This document shows, piece after piece, positions 1 to 11,097 of a stretch of 42,774 bases of DNA. A program made the translations under genes and the position numbers. Source of the stretch: Intoshia linei (lineage: Eukaryota; Animalia; Orthonectida); the NCBI GenBank assembly GCA_001642005.1, contig LWCA01000187.1, forward strand, positions 1 through 42,774, written 5' to 3'. How positions within the stretch are numbered: the stretch's first letter is position 1; each line of letters starts with the position of its first letter. A model generated the notes under the pieces. It had not been told where the DNA came from and searched no databases. It saw only the letters and a list, made by a program, of their open reading frames with translations.

Positions 1-133
1 ATAGTTTAGATCCGTAAGTTGTGCAAAATGCTGTTTTATTACGATCATTGACATGAAGAAAAATTTGGTAAAATCCACTTGTAAGATCTAATGTTGTAAA
101 TACCTTTTTATTAGCAAGGAAATCTATTAGTAT
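1..133 (-). mobile_element. Ty3/Gypsy LTR-retrotransposon reverse transcriptase fragment
   Basis: The minus strand reads ILIDFLANKKVFTTLDLTSGFYQIFLHVNDRNKTAFCTTYG, matching the Gypsy RT motif F(S/T)xLDLxSG(F/Y)xQI...KTAFxT.G. It is cut by the window edge and by the MITE at 136. Confidence 0.85.
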
Positions 134-135
134 TC

Positions 136-541
136 TATATTAGTTATGAGTTTTCACCGATTAGCCTCCTGTGTCACTGACAGTGGGCCAAAATGATTTT
201 TCAAAGCAAAAAAAAATTCACTAAAAAAATTTTTTATATTTTTTTTGTTAAAGTTGTGATAACTGTAATTTAATGAATACCATATGATGAATTCATGATA
301 TGATAATATGATAATGAAATAATTAGGTATATTGATGATGCGGTTTTATATATACACGCTTTTATTTGCCTTATTCTCCCAATGTGAACATATGGAATGT
401 GAAATAACTCCATAACTACAATTGGTAATTACCTAAAATTATATATGGTGAAAAATAGGTAAGTATGTATTAACTTCCCAAATTTTTGGAAAAATCTAAG
501 CCAAAAAATTGGAAAAATTTGTCTGGGAGTATATGGGTTAA
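136..541 (+). mobile_element. piggyBac-type MITE, left-truncated copy
   Basis: Near-identical to ~6311-6716. It ends CTGGGAGTATATGGG followed by TTAA (538-541). Confidence 0.85.
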
Positions 542-760
542 TGTGATGATTTATGCTTTTTAATATTTAACATTGAAATCTAATTCCATAAATGGTGATG
601 ATAGTAGTAAAACATCATTTAAGTGTGCATCAGTGAGATGGGTTCTTAAATTATTTTTGGTATATTTCATTTTCAAGAATATTTGTTCGCAACAATATGT
701 ACTCCCAAAAAAGGCTGACATTTTTTTGGCATATCTTGTTAAATTTACAAATTTTCCAGT
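538..760 (-). mobile_element. hAT (Buster/Charlie/SPIN-type) transposase C-terminal relic
   Basis: The minus strand reads NLTRYAKKMSAFFGSTYCCEQIFLKMKYTKNNLRTHLTDAHLNDVLLLSS...HKSSH*. This is the FGSTYxCEQxFSxMK hATC dimerisation motif of Buster-family (GTF2IRD2-like) transposases. Confidence 0.85.
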
Positions 761-1448
761 TGAAAGAAGATTCTGTTCAATATGAACATCCTAGAATATG
801 AACTCAGATCAATATGAACACGACAATTTTGTTTTGTTAAAAACGTTGGAGATTCATAAGAAAAAAGGAAAAAGATATGAACATAGTCATTTTTGAACAA
901 TGAACATATTTTTATGTACTTACAGCTTACTCACTGTAAAACTATTCATTAAATCTAAATATTATCAAGTTTAAACTTAAAATTATCAACACTTAATGTT
1001 TTACATCAATTAAAATTGTAAAATTGAATACAACGTTTATAATTTAAAAATAGCCTGCTGCACGCAGGAAAAAAATGAATCTGAAAAAATGTTAACTGTT
1101 TGCCGGCATGCAAAAAATCAACTGATAAATTTAAATTGTTTGCAGACAAACAAAAATAAGGCGGTACATGTGTCAATTGTGAACAAATTATTACCCATGA
1201 AATATGAGTACAACATTAATTTTATTACCAATGTTTACATAGTGTCAACAATATAATATTACTTTATGAAGAGATATTTCAGTTTTTGCGCTTTAGATAA
1301 AATGTTCTTACCATTTACCTTTATTGAATTAAAATACCTTAAATTTGTAATAAAATTAAACTGTACATAATGATATAAAAATTCTAGAAAAAATAAAATT
1401 ATAAAAACCTATTTTGTCATTTTCAATGTTATGATATATAGTCAATAC

Positions 1449-2220
1449 TAGTGTTGGAAATCGATAAAAGCGTTTCGATAAATTTTTGAATATTTTGAAT
1501 ATCTATTAATTTTTTATTAACTTTATTTAATCTTCAAAAGGACAAATAAAAGATCTGAAGTATGGAATTATTTTACATTAATTATTAGTAAATAGTAATG
1601 AAGCAAAATGCTATAAAATTGTAAAATGTTCAGGAACCACCAGTGGATTATGTTATCACGTTAAAAATGTTCAAAATATTAATTTGAACGAAGATACAAA
1701 CCAAACAAAATTGCGAAGGATAGATTTTCTTGTTATTAAAAAATCAATGGAAGAAGAGGTATCCAAAATGGCAGCCATGGATAATTTCTCATAAATAATA
1801 TAGGATAATAGAATAGCAAAAAGTTTTTATTCAAATGAGTTTTAAAAAACGGAACAGTGAATATGACAATACTCCTCCCACTTGCCATAACTCTGTAAAA
1901 AGAATGATTCTATCGTTTGATCAAGGAAATCAAATCAAGGATGGAAAAATCAAAAAAGTCAAGGAAGGAGAACAAGCAACATAGATAAATTTTACCATTC
2001 AATTATGTCTATTAAACCTACCAGTTGTGAAGCTGAAAGGGCGTTCTAAATAACTGGTCATTATATAACTAAGAAAAGATCCAGAATATCACCCGATGTT
2101 GTTAATGCTTTGGTGTTTTTGAAATTCTACTTTAAACAAAAATAAATAATATAACAGTTGTAATTAATTTTTCAATTAAATTAGTTTATTATTTTTCATC
2201 TATAATTTATCGATAAATTT
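1449..2220 (+). mobile_element. Internally deleted hAT (Ac/hobo-type) element
   Basis: It starts TAGTGTTGG. It carries a degenerate BED finger (RSEVWNYF...AKC...GTTSGL..H), then KKSMEEEVSKMAAMDNFS, and a hATC motif IMSIKPTSCEAERAF*ITGHYITKKRSRISPDVVNALVFLK ending ~2145. It contains stops and frameshifts. Confidence 0.85.
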
Positions 2221-2221
2221 G

Positions 2222-2845
2222 ATTTTTTGAAATTGTAGGATCAATATTTACATTTTCAATTTTAATCGAAATATTTGAAAAATATTCGTTGATAATATAT
2301 ATTAAAAATTATTTTTCATCGGGAATGCGTAGATTTCTCGGATTGAACTTTTGTATTTATATCAACTGGAATAAGCTTTATCAGATTAATCTTTTTTTTT
2401 AATTTTCGGACTGTTCATTATTTCATATTTTTTGTTTTAATAAAATATTTCGGAAAAAAAATATATAAATACTAAAATGCTTTTTTGACCGTGAAGGCAT
2501 AACGTATTCAGATTGAAATTTTTTGTTTGTGCTAACAGGATACAACTATACCACCTGTAATTTTAAATTCTAGGGCTGTTTTCATTAAAAAAAAGGTCAT
2601 TTGGGGTTTTGACCTTGAAGATACATTTCTTTAAATTTTCGAATTAGTTTAATATTCATATAAAAGGACAATTGGGCTTTTTGACCCGTAAGATGTGAGT
2701 TTGTAAGGTTGAAATTTATTTTGCTAACACTCCCGAAAAAAACTAATTGAAATGTGGATATTATAAAATTTTAAGACTGGTAGTTATTGAAATAAACAAT
2801 AAAACACACAAACAAATATTGCATAGCATATTATACAAGTAAGGA
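2222..2845 (-). mobile_element. Non-autonomous Helitron-like repeat, family A
   Basis: Clear homology to 20430-21155 and 34297-34927. The minus strand begins A|TCCTTACTTGTATAATATGCTATGC followed by a TTTG/TG microsatellite. Confidence 0.7.
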
Positions 2846-4574
2846 TTTAAGAATAATTAAATTATATATCACCATATTTTCTAGTTTCTATATAAATACA
2901 GTCAAGTCAAAAATGTAAATATAATTTTGGATCGTTCTTTGACAGTACATTCAATCACCTTAATGACATTTCTATAAATTTATTTGTATATTTAAGATTT
3001 TGAATTTATTTCAAATTATTTTCTACACATCTGATTATGAAATCTAGACATTAACTTATATTATTCTTTCAATTTGGACTATTGAAGTAAAAAATTTTTG
3101 CGGATTGGATGAGAATTAATTAATATTGTATTTAAACGTTACCATAATATTTTTTGTGATGGAATGGCAAAATAATATTTCTTACTATAATATTTTATCA
3201 GTACAATGTAAAATTTTATTTTTTACACCAATTTAAATTTGTCTGTCTATCAAATAAATATTAAAAGGTCAAGTAAAAAAATTCACCATATACTAAATTC
3301 TCACAAAATTGCTCTATTTTACACATGCTTAAGTATTTTTTAGTGTAAATATGTATCAATCATGATTTACTGATTTTGGTATATTATGTATTTTGTAATG
3401 AATCCAGATACTCACCTGTACTTTATTATATTGAATTTTCTATTTATCAATACGGTACTTTTATGTTTATATTATTGTGTCTATTTACTGATTCTTAGAA
3501 CCAGTGTCTAGCTCTAACCAGGGCCGACGTTTCCATATACATTTTTTTAATAACCAGAATATGAGTTAAAATTTAACTTAACAGTGCACGTCACATTAGA
3601 TCTTTAATATTTTCATTTTGATGCCGAATTAATTACATCTAACTGTAGTCGCCACTATTAACGTCAAAGTAACATCTGTTTGAGTATACATTACATTTGT
3701 CGCGATATAAAAATACGATAAATATTCTAATTATTAACTTTAAATTAATATTATCGTATTTTTTTTTATTTTCAGTAAAATGGATGGCGAACTATCGAAC
3801 AAAGCGTTAAAATGTATATGATAAAGAAAAAACATGAGTTGTAACGACTACTCAGTAATGATTATTGTACTAGATTAAAAAATGGCAATTATCGATTTTT
3901 TATTTTATTAAAACTGCAGTGCATTAAAAATTTTAAGTGCAGATAAAGTCAGTAAATTCAATTTTTAGGTCAGTTTTTTTTATTATATAGGTCAATTAAA
4001 AATGGGCATAGTGATAATATATATTCAGGATCTGCTTTCGATGACTAAAAAGTATAAATTTTGTATCAACAATTAACGGAATAAGCACTTTAGAAACATT
4101 TCAGATGAATTTTACCAATATTGGATAAAAAATAATAATTCTTGGTATTTTTTGTTTTATCAAGTAAATTTGTTGTAAAGATAATAATTTATATGTATTT
4201 CATATTAGAGAAAAACTAATTGGTCATCAAATTTGATGATTATGTAAAACTTATTATAAATTATATTTTGAAAATTAATTGATGACTGAAATATAATAAA
4301 TTTGACTAATTTGAAATGCATTCATTAGATTCTAATGAATTAGAACATCATAAACTATGACTCATAATACTCTATCTTTTATCATAATAGCGTAATAATA
4401 TAAAATATGTCTAGCCTTATTATTTTTTATCAATTGAAAAGAATTGTAATAAATATAAAAATAATAATAACAAAGTTGTACTTTTATTAATTCGTTGTTT
4501 CAGTTTTAATTTAAATTTTAAACAAAATGTTTTGAAAATGAGAATTTCACAATGAAAAAAAAATTTGAATGAAT

Positions 4575-4978
4575 CAATTATATAGATTTCCACCCATATT
4601 TCTTTATTGGAAATTTATAGATATTCAATACACATTTTTTTTTGAAATTGTATGATGTTTATTTACTTTTTAATTTTAATCCAACATTTTAAAAATATTG
4701 GTTGATAACATAAAAAATTATTTTTCACCGGGAATGCGTAAATTTCTCGGTTAAAATTTTATTTAATTTTATTTTAATAGAATAGTTTCGAAGTAAAAAA
4801 AATGAATATTAAAGTGCTTTTTTGACAATGAAGGCGTCACTTAATCAGATTGAAATTTCCGATAAAACAACACTCTGGAAAAACGGTTATAAGTATATGG
4901 AATTTGTAAAACTCGACTCTGCTTACTTTCTTAAATAAAAAGACATAAATTTTTAACCTTACTTTATATAAGTAAGGA
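4575..4978 (-). mobile_element. Helitron-like family A, diverged and deleted copy
   Basis: Shares TTTTTCACCGGGAATGCGTA, GAAGGCGTCACTT and the terminal TTATATAAGTAAGGA|T with the other copies. Confidence 0.65.
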
Positions 4979-5143
4979 TTATAAAAATATACAACTTGTA
5001 CTTGTACGAGAAATTATTAGTGGCGATTGAATTAAACTGAAGTTTATCGTAAATTTGTAAATAAATGAGTCTTGAAAATGGGGAATATTCTAGAATCTAG
5101 ATAGTAAAAAATAATAAATAAATAGATTTCCAGATTAAAAAAA

Positions 5144-8100
5144 ATGAAAAAACAGAATACAATAAACTTTGAAAAATTAAAATTACTAGAGTCTTTTAAT
5201 CCCGATGAACTAATATTGGACCTAAATCACATGAATATGAACCTCGTTTTTCCCAAAGACATTTATGAAAATTTTACATATACGGAAACTGAAAACCTAA
5301 TCGATATTAATATGAAAATTTATAAAGATTTACTCAGAAACACACCATGGTATTGGGGAAATATTTCCACGTAAATATTAATGTATTAATAATAATGTAT
5401 AATTAATCATTTATTATAGAGAACAATGTCAACATTTATTGAGTACGATGCCGATTGGGTCATTTTTAGTAAGGTTGGCTAAATCGTATGATGGATTCAC
5501 TGTTGCTATAAGGTTTATTTATTCTTTTCTTACATTTTAAATGTATGTAATACAGAAGTGAAGATGAAACTATACTACTAAAAATTGTGCCTTACCACCA
5601 TACATGTCGTTTGGAAGGCGACTCACATGTTTTTGATAATCCAATCAAGTTGATTCAGTATTATAAAAATAATAGTCTCAAAGAGTATCATGTTGATACA
5701 CAATTCAGTTTAAGTGATCATGTTAATCGAATGGAACGAGTAATTTATACTTGATTTTTTGTAAAAAAATATCAATTTTTACATCTTATTCTATTGTTAT
5801 AAAAAATTCATATTTTGTGATGACATTTATGATCAATTACCTTGTACAATGTACATCAGCCATTTTCAACGGGGTCCACAGCAATTTTTTAGGGTCCATG
5901 AAAATTATATATATTTATTACATATTATAGACATTTTCAGTAACATAAAGTATTTTTTAAAACATAAATGCTCAGAAATACTAATATAAAACGTAAATAT
6001 ATTAGCTAAATTAACCTAGTTTTCACTCCATATTAAAAAAAGGGTTTATTTAGTAATACATGCATTTCATCTTTACGTGTTTTTTTATCTGGATTTTTTG
6101 TTTGTGATTTATTTAGCTGCGATAATATTAAAACTTTATTTATACCTTGGTTGGCTTGATTTGACACTATACAAATATCTTTAACCCTAATACTTCCAGT
6201 GTGACCATATGGTCACACAACATTACAATTATAAAAACACGTATCAAATTCCAACAAAGTTAATTAAATATGAAAAATTAAATTAATTAGTATATTATAT
6301 AACATTCGAGTATATTAGTTATGGGTTTTCACTGATTAGCATCCTGTGTCACTGACAGTGGGCCAAAATGATTTTTCAAAGCAAAAAAAAATTCACTATA
6401 AAAATTTTTTATATTTTTTTTTGTTAAAGTTGTGATAACTGAATTTAATGAAATAGATATGATGAATTCATGTATTGGCTGCAATTTAATGAAATAATTA
6501 GGTATATTGACGATGCGGTTTTATATATACACGTTTTTATTTGCCTTATTCTCCCAATGTGAACATATGGAATGTGAAATAACTCCATAACTACAATTGG
6601 TAATTACCTAAAATTATATATGGTGAAAAATATGCAAGTATGTATTAACTTCCCAAATTTTTGGAAAAATCGAAGCTAAAAAATTGGAAAAATTTGTCTG
6701 GGAGTATTAGGGTTAAATAATACATGTAAAGCACTGCATATTAAAGAAATTTACACCATGGTGTAAAAAATTAAAATTCTATTGCGTAGAAATGTATGAG
6801 ATGAAAAGTTAAGTGGAAATATCACTTATAATACCGTGAATAATCTATTGTGTGAAATATTTTTAAATTTAAAATTGAAAAATTTAATATGGATAAAAGG
6901 CAAGATATTCCCTTCCATACAAAGAAATATCTATTGAACCTTCTACAATATATGTAGAATCTACATAATTCAGATTGGAACCTAATAAAAATTGCTGATT
7001 TATTTTGTGTGTCTCAATCGATTGTTTCATTTATAAAAAGAAAATTTACAAATGTTCCGAAAATTTTTGATTCAAATCGAAAAAGGTCTGGTAGGGAAAA
7101 GTCAACAACCGAAAAAACTGTCAGAATAATTGTCACAGCAGCAATTGAAAACTGAAATTCGTGTTGTTCTCAAGTCGTTACAAAACTTAAACAAAGAAAA
7201 TATTTATTTATCAAGAATTACGGTTAACCGTAAACTGTTAGCATCGGGGAATAGATCATATAAAAAAAATTATAAACCTCATTCTATCTATAACGATGAA
7301 ACAATCCAGGTTCGAATGGGCAAAAGATATGAAAGTTAGACTGAACGTGATTGGAGCAAGGTAATTCATTTATATTAAAAAAATATATAAATGTTGACTA
7401 ATTTTTAATTATATTTTAATTCATAAAATTCAAGTTAATTTATTGATTTATAGGTCATTTCTTGATGAATCTATGATAACTGTGATGGCTGACAGAGAAG
7501 TAATGTACGGAGAATGCCAAATGAAGCATTTAGACCAGATTGTATTAAAAAAACGGTAAATTTCCATGTAAGGTTATGATTTGGGCTATATCTGTTTGAG
7601 TATTACCAAAATACAGATTGGGGAAGGTAAAATGGACTTAAAAGTTGACAAGAATGTTTTACAAGTATTTTTAAATGAAATATCTGAATGAAATACAAAT
7701 GGAGGATTTGTATTCCAGCAAGATTTAGCTCCTTGCCACAATGCTAAATTCATCATATGCTATTTTAAGGATAAGGGTATTTCTGTCCTGGATTGATCTG
7801 GAAATTTGCCAGACATGAATCCTATAGAATTTTTGTAGTTGAAATTGAAATATGGTCTACCAGATTGAAATTAAAACAAAATTTGAATTGATTCATCGCA
7901 TCAATTTTATTTGGAGCAATTCATCTACAATTCAAGAAATATCGAAAAGTCTTATAAATTTAATGCCTCGCAGAATTAAATCCCTAATCACCACTAAAAG
8001 AGGAACCATAAAGTATTAAATGTATACAAATAAAGATAAATATGTATTTAACCCTTAATTAAATATTTATTCTTTTGGTCTACTCATTAATATAATATTA

Positions 8101-10016
8101 ACCAACCAATACGTAAAAATAAATAATTATAATTAATTAATTTGACACTTAGGGAATTTTAGTTGATGAATTCACTCCAATTAGGCAATTATTTTTTGAA
8201 ATGACTATAATCAATTTAAAAAAAGTAGAGGTGGATAAAATCATAACTCGTATAGAAAATTCGTCTAGACTTTACGAAGAGGTATTTTTAAACGTAAATA
8301 ATATATATTTATTGTAGGAATTTAATAAACTAAGACATTATAGAGGTGCTTTATTGGATATAATTAATATATACAAAAAGTACAATCGAGATTTTTGTAA
8401 CAAGATGGATTCTGAGTATAATAATAAAGAGTTATTTTTAAATATATTGAATAACGTTCCTTTTAGGATAAACCAAATATATTTGAATTATCACGAAAGG
8501 ATAGGAAGAGTTGTAGACTACAGACAAACGTTTGAATTGGATTATTTTCGAAAAAGGAGAGAACAAGCTTTGGATATAATTAGAATTAAAAAATTAAAAA
8601 CTCACAGTTTAATTCTGAGTGATAGAGTAGTGATGTATAAAATGTAATTAAAATATTTAAATTTTACACATGTTGAATGTTTAGGACGCTACTGAAAAAA
8701 AAGATACAATTTGAAGATGTGACCAATTTATTAACATTAGAACGAGAACATGACAAACCATTATTATCAATTGTGAATAATGCAGTTGACTGTTTAACAA
8801 AATATTATCGAGGCTTAAATTATGGTAATGCTTATTTCCCGACTAGATTAGAGGCTATTAGGATGGATGAAGGGATTAGGACCGAAAAAGCATTGTCAAT
8901 TGAAAATAATAAAAAGATTATGGAAGAATATAGAAAGAAAAGAGTGCAAAAATTTAAAAAGTATACAAAATTTCAAAAATTTGGTTTGAATAAGAGTAGA
9001 CAAACTGAAATATCGAAAAATGCATTTCAAGGTGGAATGCACGATTTTTATTTTTTAGAAGTGTCAAAAATGGATAGTTTGAAAATTGAAATTGACGATA
9101 AAAAACAAGATTTGTCGATACATAAGTCGTTAATGGGCGATTCAAAACTAAAAAAAATGGAAGTCACTAGATTAAAAGAGGAACTAAAGAAGAAGAAAAG
9201 TAATTTAGAAGAATTAAACGAAAGGTATAAAATTTGCAAGAAAAACGTCACACGGTGGAATAAAAAATCAAAAGATGCGAATAAGGTAAATAGTGATAAA
9301 GATGAAAAAGTTGCAAAAGACACATCCGATGTTATAGAAAATTCATTTATGGATCGATCTATTCAAAAAACCAACGTATTATTTAAACCAATTAAATCTC
9401 TGTTCCGAAAGAGTTGTTATTCGCAAAATAGGGATAAAACGGATACAGAATTAGTCAGTAGTAAGGATATTTTTCAACCAAATTTATTAGAAACTTGTCA
9501 AACTCAACTGAACGAAATTCGAAAAAATTCCAAAGAGTCTGAAAATAAATCAACGTTTATAGTATTTGATACTGCTGGCATAAGTGTTTTACGAAAAAGA
9601 GAAATGAAAGAAGGTGATTGGTTGTATTGTGGAAGTTTAGAGGTTTTTTTAATTTAAATGGTTTTATTTGCAATAATTTTAGATGGCACTTCGATACCTT
9701 AACCATAGAACTGAAGGAACTTTTCTGGTTAGAAAATCTAATGAGCAACCACAATATACATTGATTTTTGTGTATTCATTTTTTTTATTTTTTTTTATTT
9801 CTGTTTAGAAAAAATCAAATTCCAATTTCCATTCCAATTCATTACATGAACATGAAATATTATATTGCAGACGAAATAAATGCCTCTTTTCGTGAATTAA
9901 AAGATTTAATTTTATTCTACAAAAATAAAACTACTGAAGAAAATATGAATACTTTGCGCATAGCATTAACTTTCCCATATACTTCCAAATCTTACAGTGC
10001 TTTCACTTCTGAATAA
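5144..10016 (+). CDS. PI3K class IA regulatory subunit-like protein (nSH2 - coiled coil - cSH2), 8 exons
   Basis: Phase-consistent exons: 5144-5370, 5420-5512, 5556-5739, 8153-8281, 8318-8643, 8685-9642, 9683-9771, 9809-10016. nSH2 reads PWYWGNISTEQCQHLLSTMPIGSFLVR...LIQYYKNNSLKEY. cSH2 reads DWLYCGSLEMALRYLNHRTEGTFLVRKS...FRELKDLILFY. A K/E-rich helical region lies between. This resembles the p85/p55/p60 layout. Confidence 0.75.
6181..6716 (+). mobile_element. Complete piggyBac-type MITE (6185-6712) with TTAA target-site duplication
   Basis: TTAA|CCCTAATACTTCCAG ... CTGGGAGTATTAGGG|TTAA, a 15-bp TIR with 1 mismatch. There is a perfect 20-bp subterminal palindrome GTGTGACCATATGGTCACAC at 6199-6218. 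Confidence 0.9.
6889..8019 (+). mobile_element. Tc1-family DD34E transposase pseudogene
   Basis: Motifs NRKRSGR, DWSK/VI..DESMI, KVMIW, FQQDLAPCHNAK-(34-aa spacing)-PDMNPIE and C-terminal MPRRIKSLITTKRGTIKY*. It has several stops and frameshifts. I did not recognise TIRs. Confidence 0.9.
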
Positions 10017-10084
10017 ATTACTTTATAAATATGTACATTATTGTTTAATAAATTTATTTTTGTTTCTCATTGTTATACATTAAT

Positions 10085-10387
10085 TTGTTTCAGTTATATA
10101 CACTAAGTCCTGGCCAGATGGAAATTGTAGGCCCATATAAAAAATTTTCAAAAATGAGACCTTTATACAATGTATAGTATACATTGCGTTAGGCAATTTG
10201 CGTAATAGTAGCTTGTTCATTATATAAAAATTAAAAATAACCGTGGGAAATCGCATTGGTTATCGAAATTTTGCTGAACTTAAGAAATTTTTATACATTA
10301 CTATGTGTATTAATAAATTAACAAAATAGGCCCCTCATGATTGTAGTTGCGGACCATATGGCCCTTGTCCGCCTCTCCACGGTCCTG
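10085..10387 (+). mobile_element. hAT-type MITE family B (partial)
   Basis: Ends CTCTCCACGGTCCTG. It is homologous to 19840-20093 and, in reverse, to 14830-14974. Confidence 0.7.
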
Positions 10388-10510
10388 CATTAGGAACTAA
10401 ACTATGGGCCGCGGAAATTGAAATTATTACTCCAAGTTTTGACTAGAAACTCAATTTAAATAAAATAAAATTCTTACGGTTTATTCCATTTGCTAGAAAA
10501 CTAAATGTAA

Positions 10511-10844
10511 TCCTTACTTATATGATATGCTACGCGATTTTTGATGTGATGAGATGTGATGTGATTTGAATGGTGTGTGAGTTACCATTTATTTAAAAAA
10601 ATTAAGATCTATAATACAAAAAAACAATTTCTAATATTGTTTTTCGAAATTCATATTTTAATGAAGGTTCATTTTAAAAAATTGAGCCCTTCAAAGCAAA
10701 CCCAAATTATCCTTTTTTGTTAAAAATGAAAAAAGTCGAAAATTTTATAAAACTTAAATTCTGTTTTTAAAATCATGACATTTTCATAAAGTCCCTTGGC
10801 TGATCTAGCTGCTGTTTGTACAAAGTAGATAACAGTCAAGCTAA
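10511..10844 (+). mobile_element. Short, apparently complete non-autonomous Helitron
   Basis: A|TCCTTACTTATATGATATGCTACGC 5' end, subterminal hairpin CTGTTTGTAC-AAA-GTAGATAACAG, and a CTAA|T 3' end. There is no TSD. Confidence 0.7.
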
Positions 10845-11097
10845 TTAACTGTATTTTTGATTGGAAAGTCTCTTTCACAATCATATCATTGCAATAATGA
10901 TAAATTGTGGCTTATCAATTAATAATAAATAATCTAATTAGATAGTAACCATATAAATTACAAGTAATATTCAATTGTATTGTAATACGATATGACTTAT
11001 TCGGCTAAAGGACTAAAGAATTCGTTCTTGTAGTTAATTCGAATAAATCAATTGTATCAATTACAAAAAATGAAATTTTGTCTAATTTAATATAAAA

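Noticed and set aside
573-785. 70-aa plus-strand ORF
   Set aside because: It is the antisense shadow of the hAT transposase relic.
3776-3810. KWMANYRTKR after a TTTCAG, reminiscent of homeodomain helix 3
   Set aside because: It is only ~10 codons followed by a stop. I found no upstream helix 1-2 exon, and the other frames are equally open.
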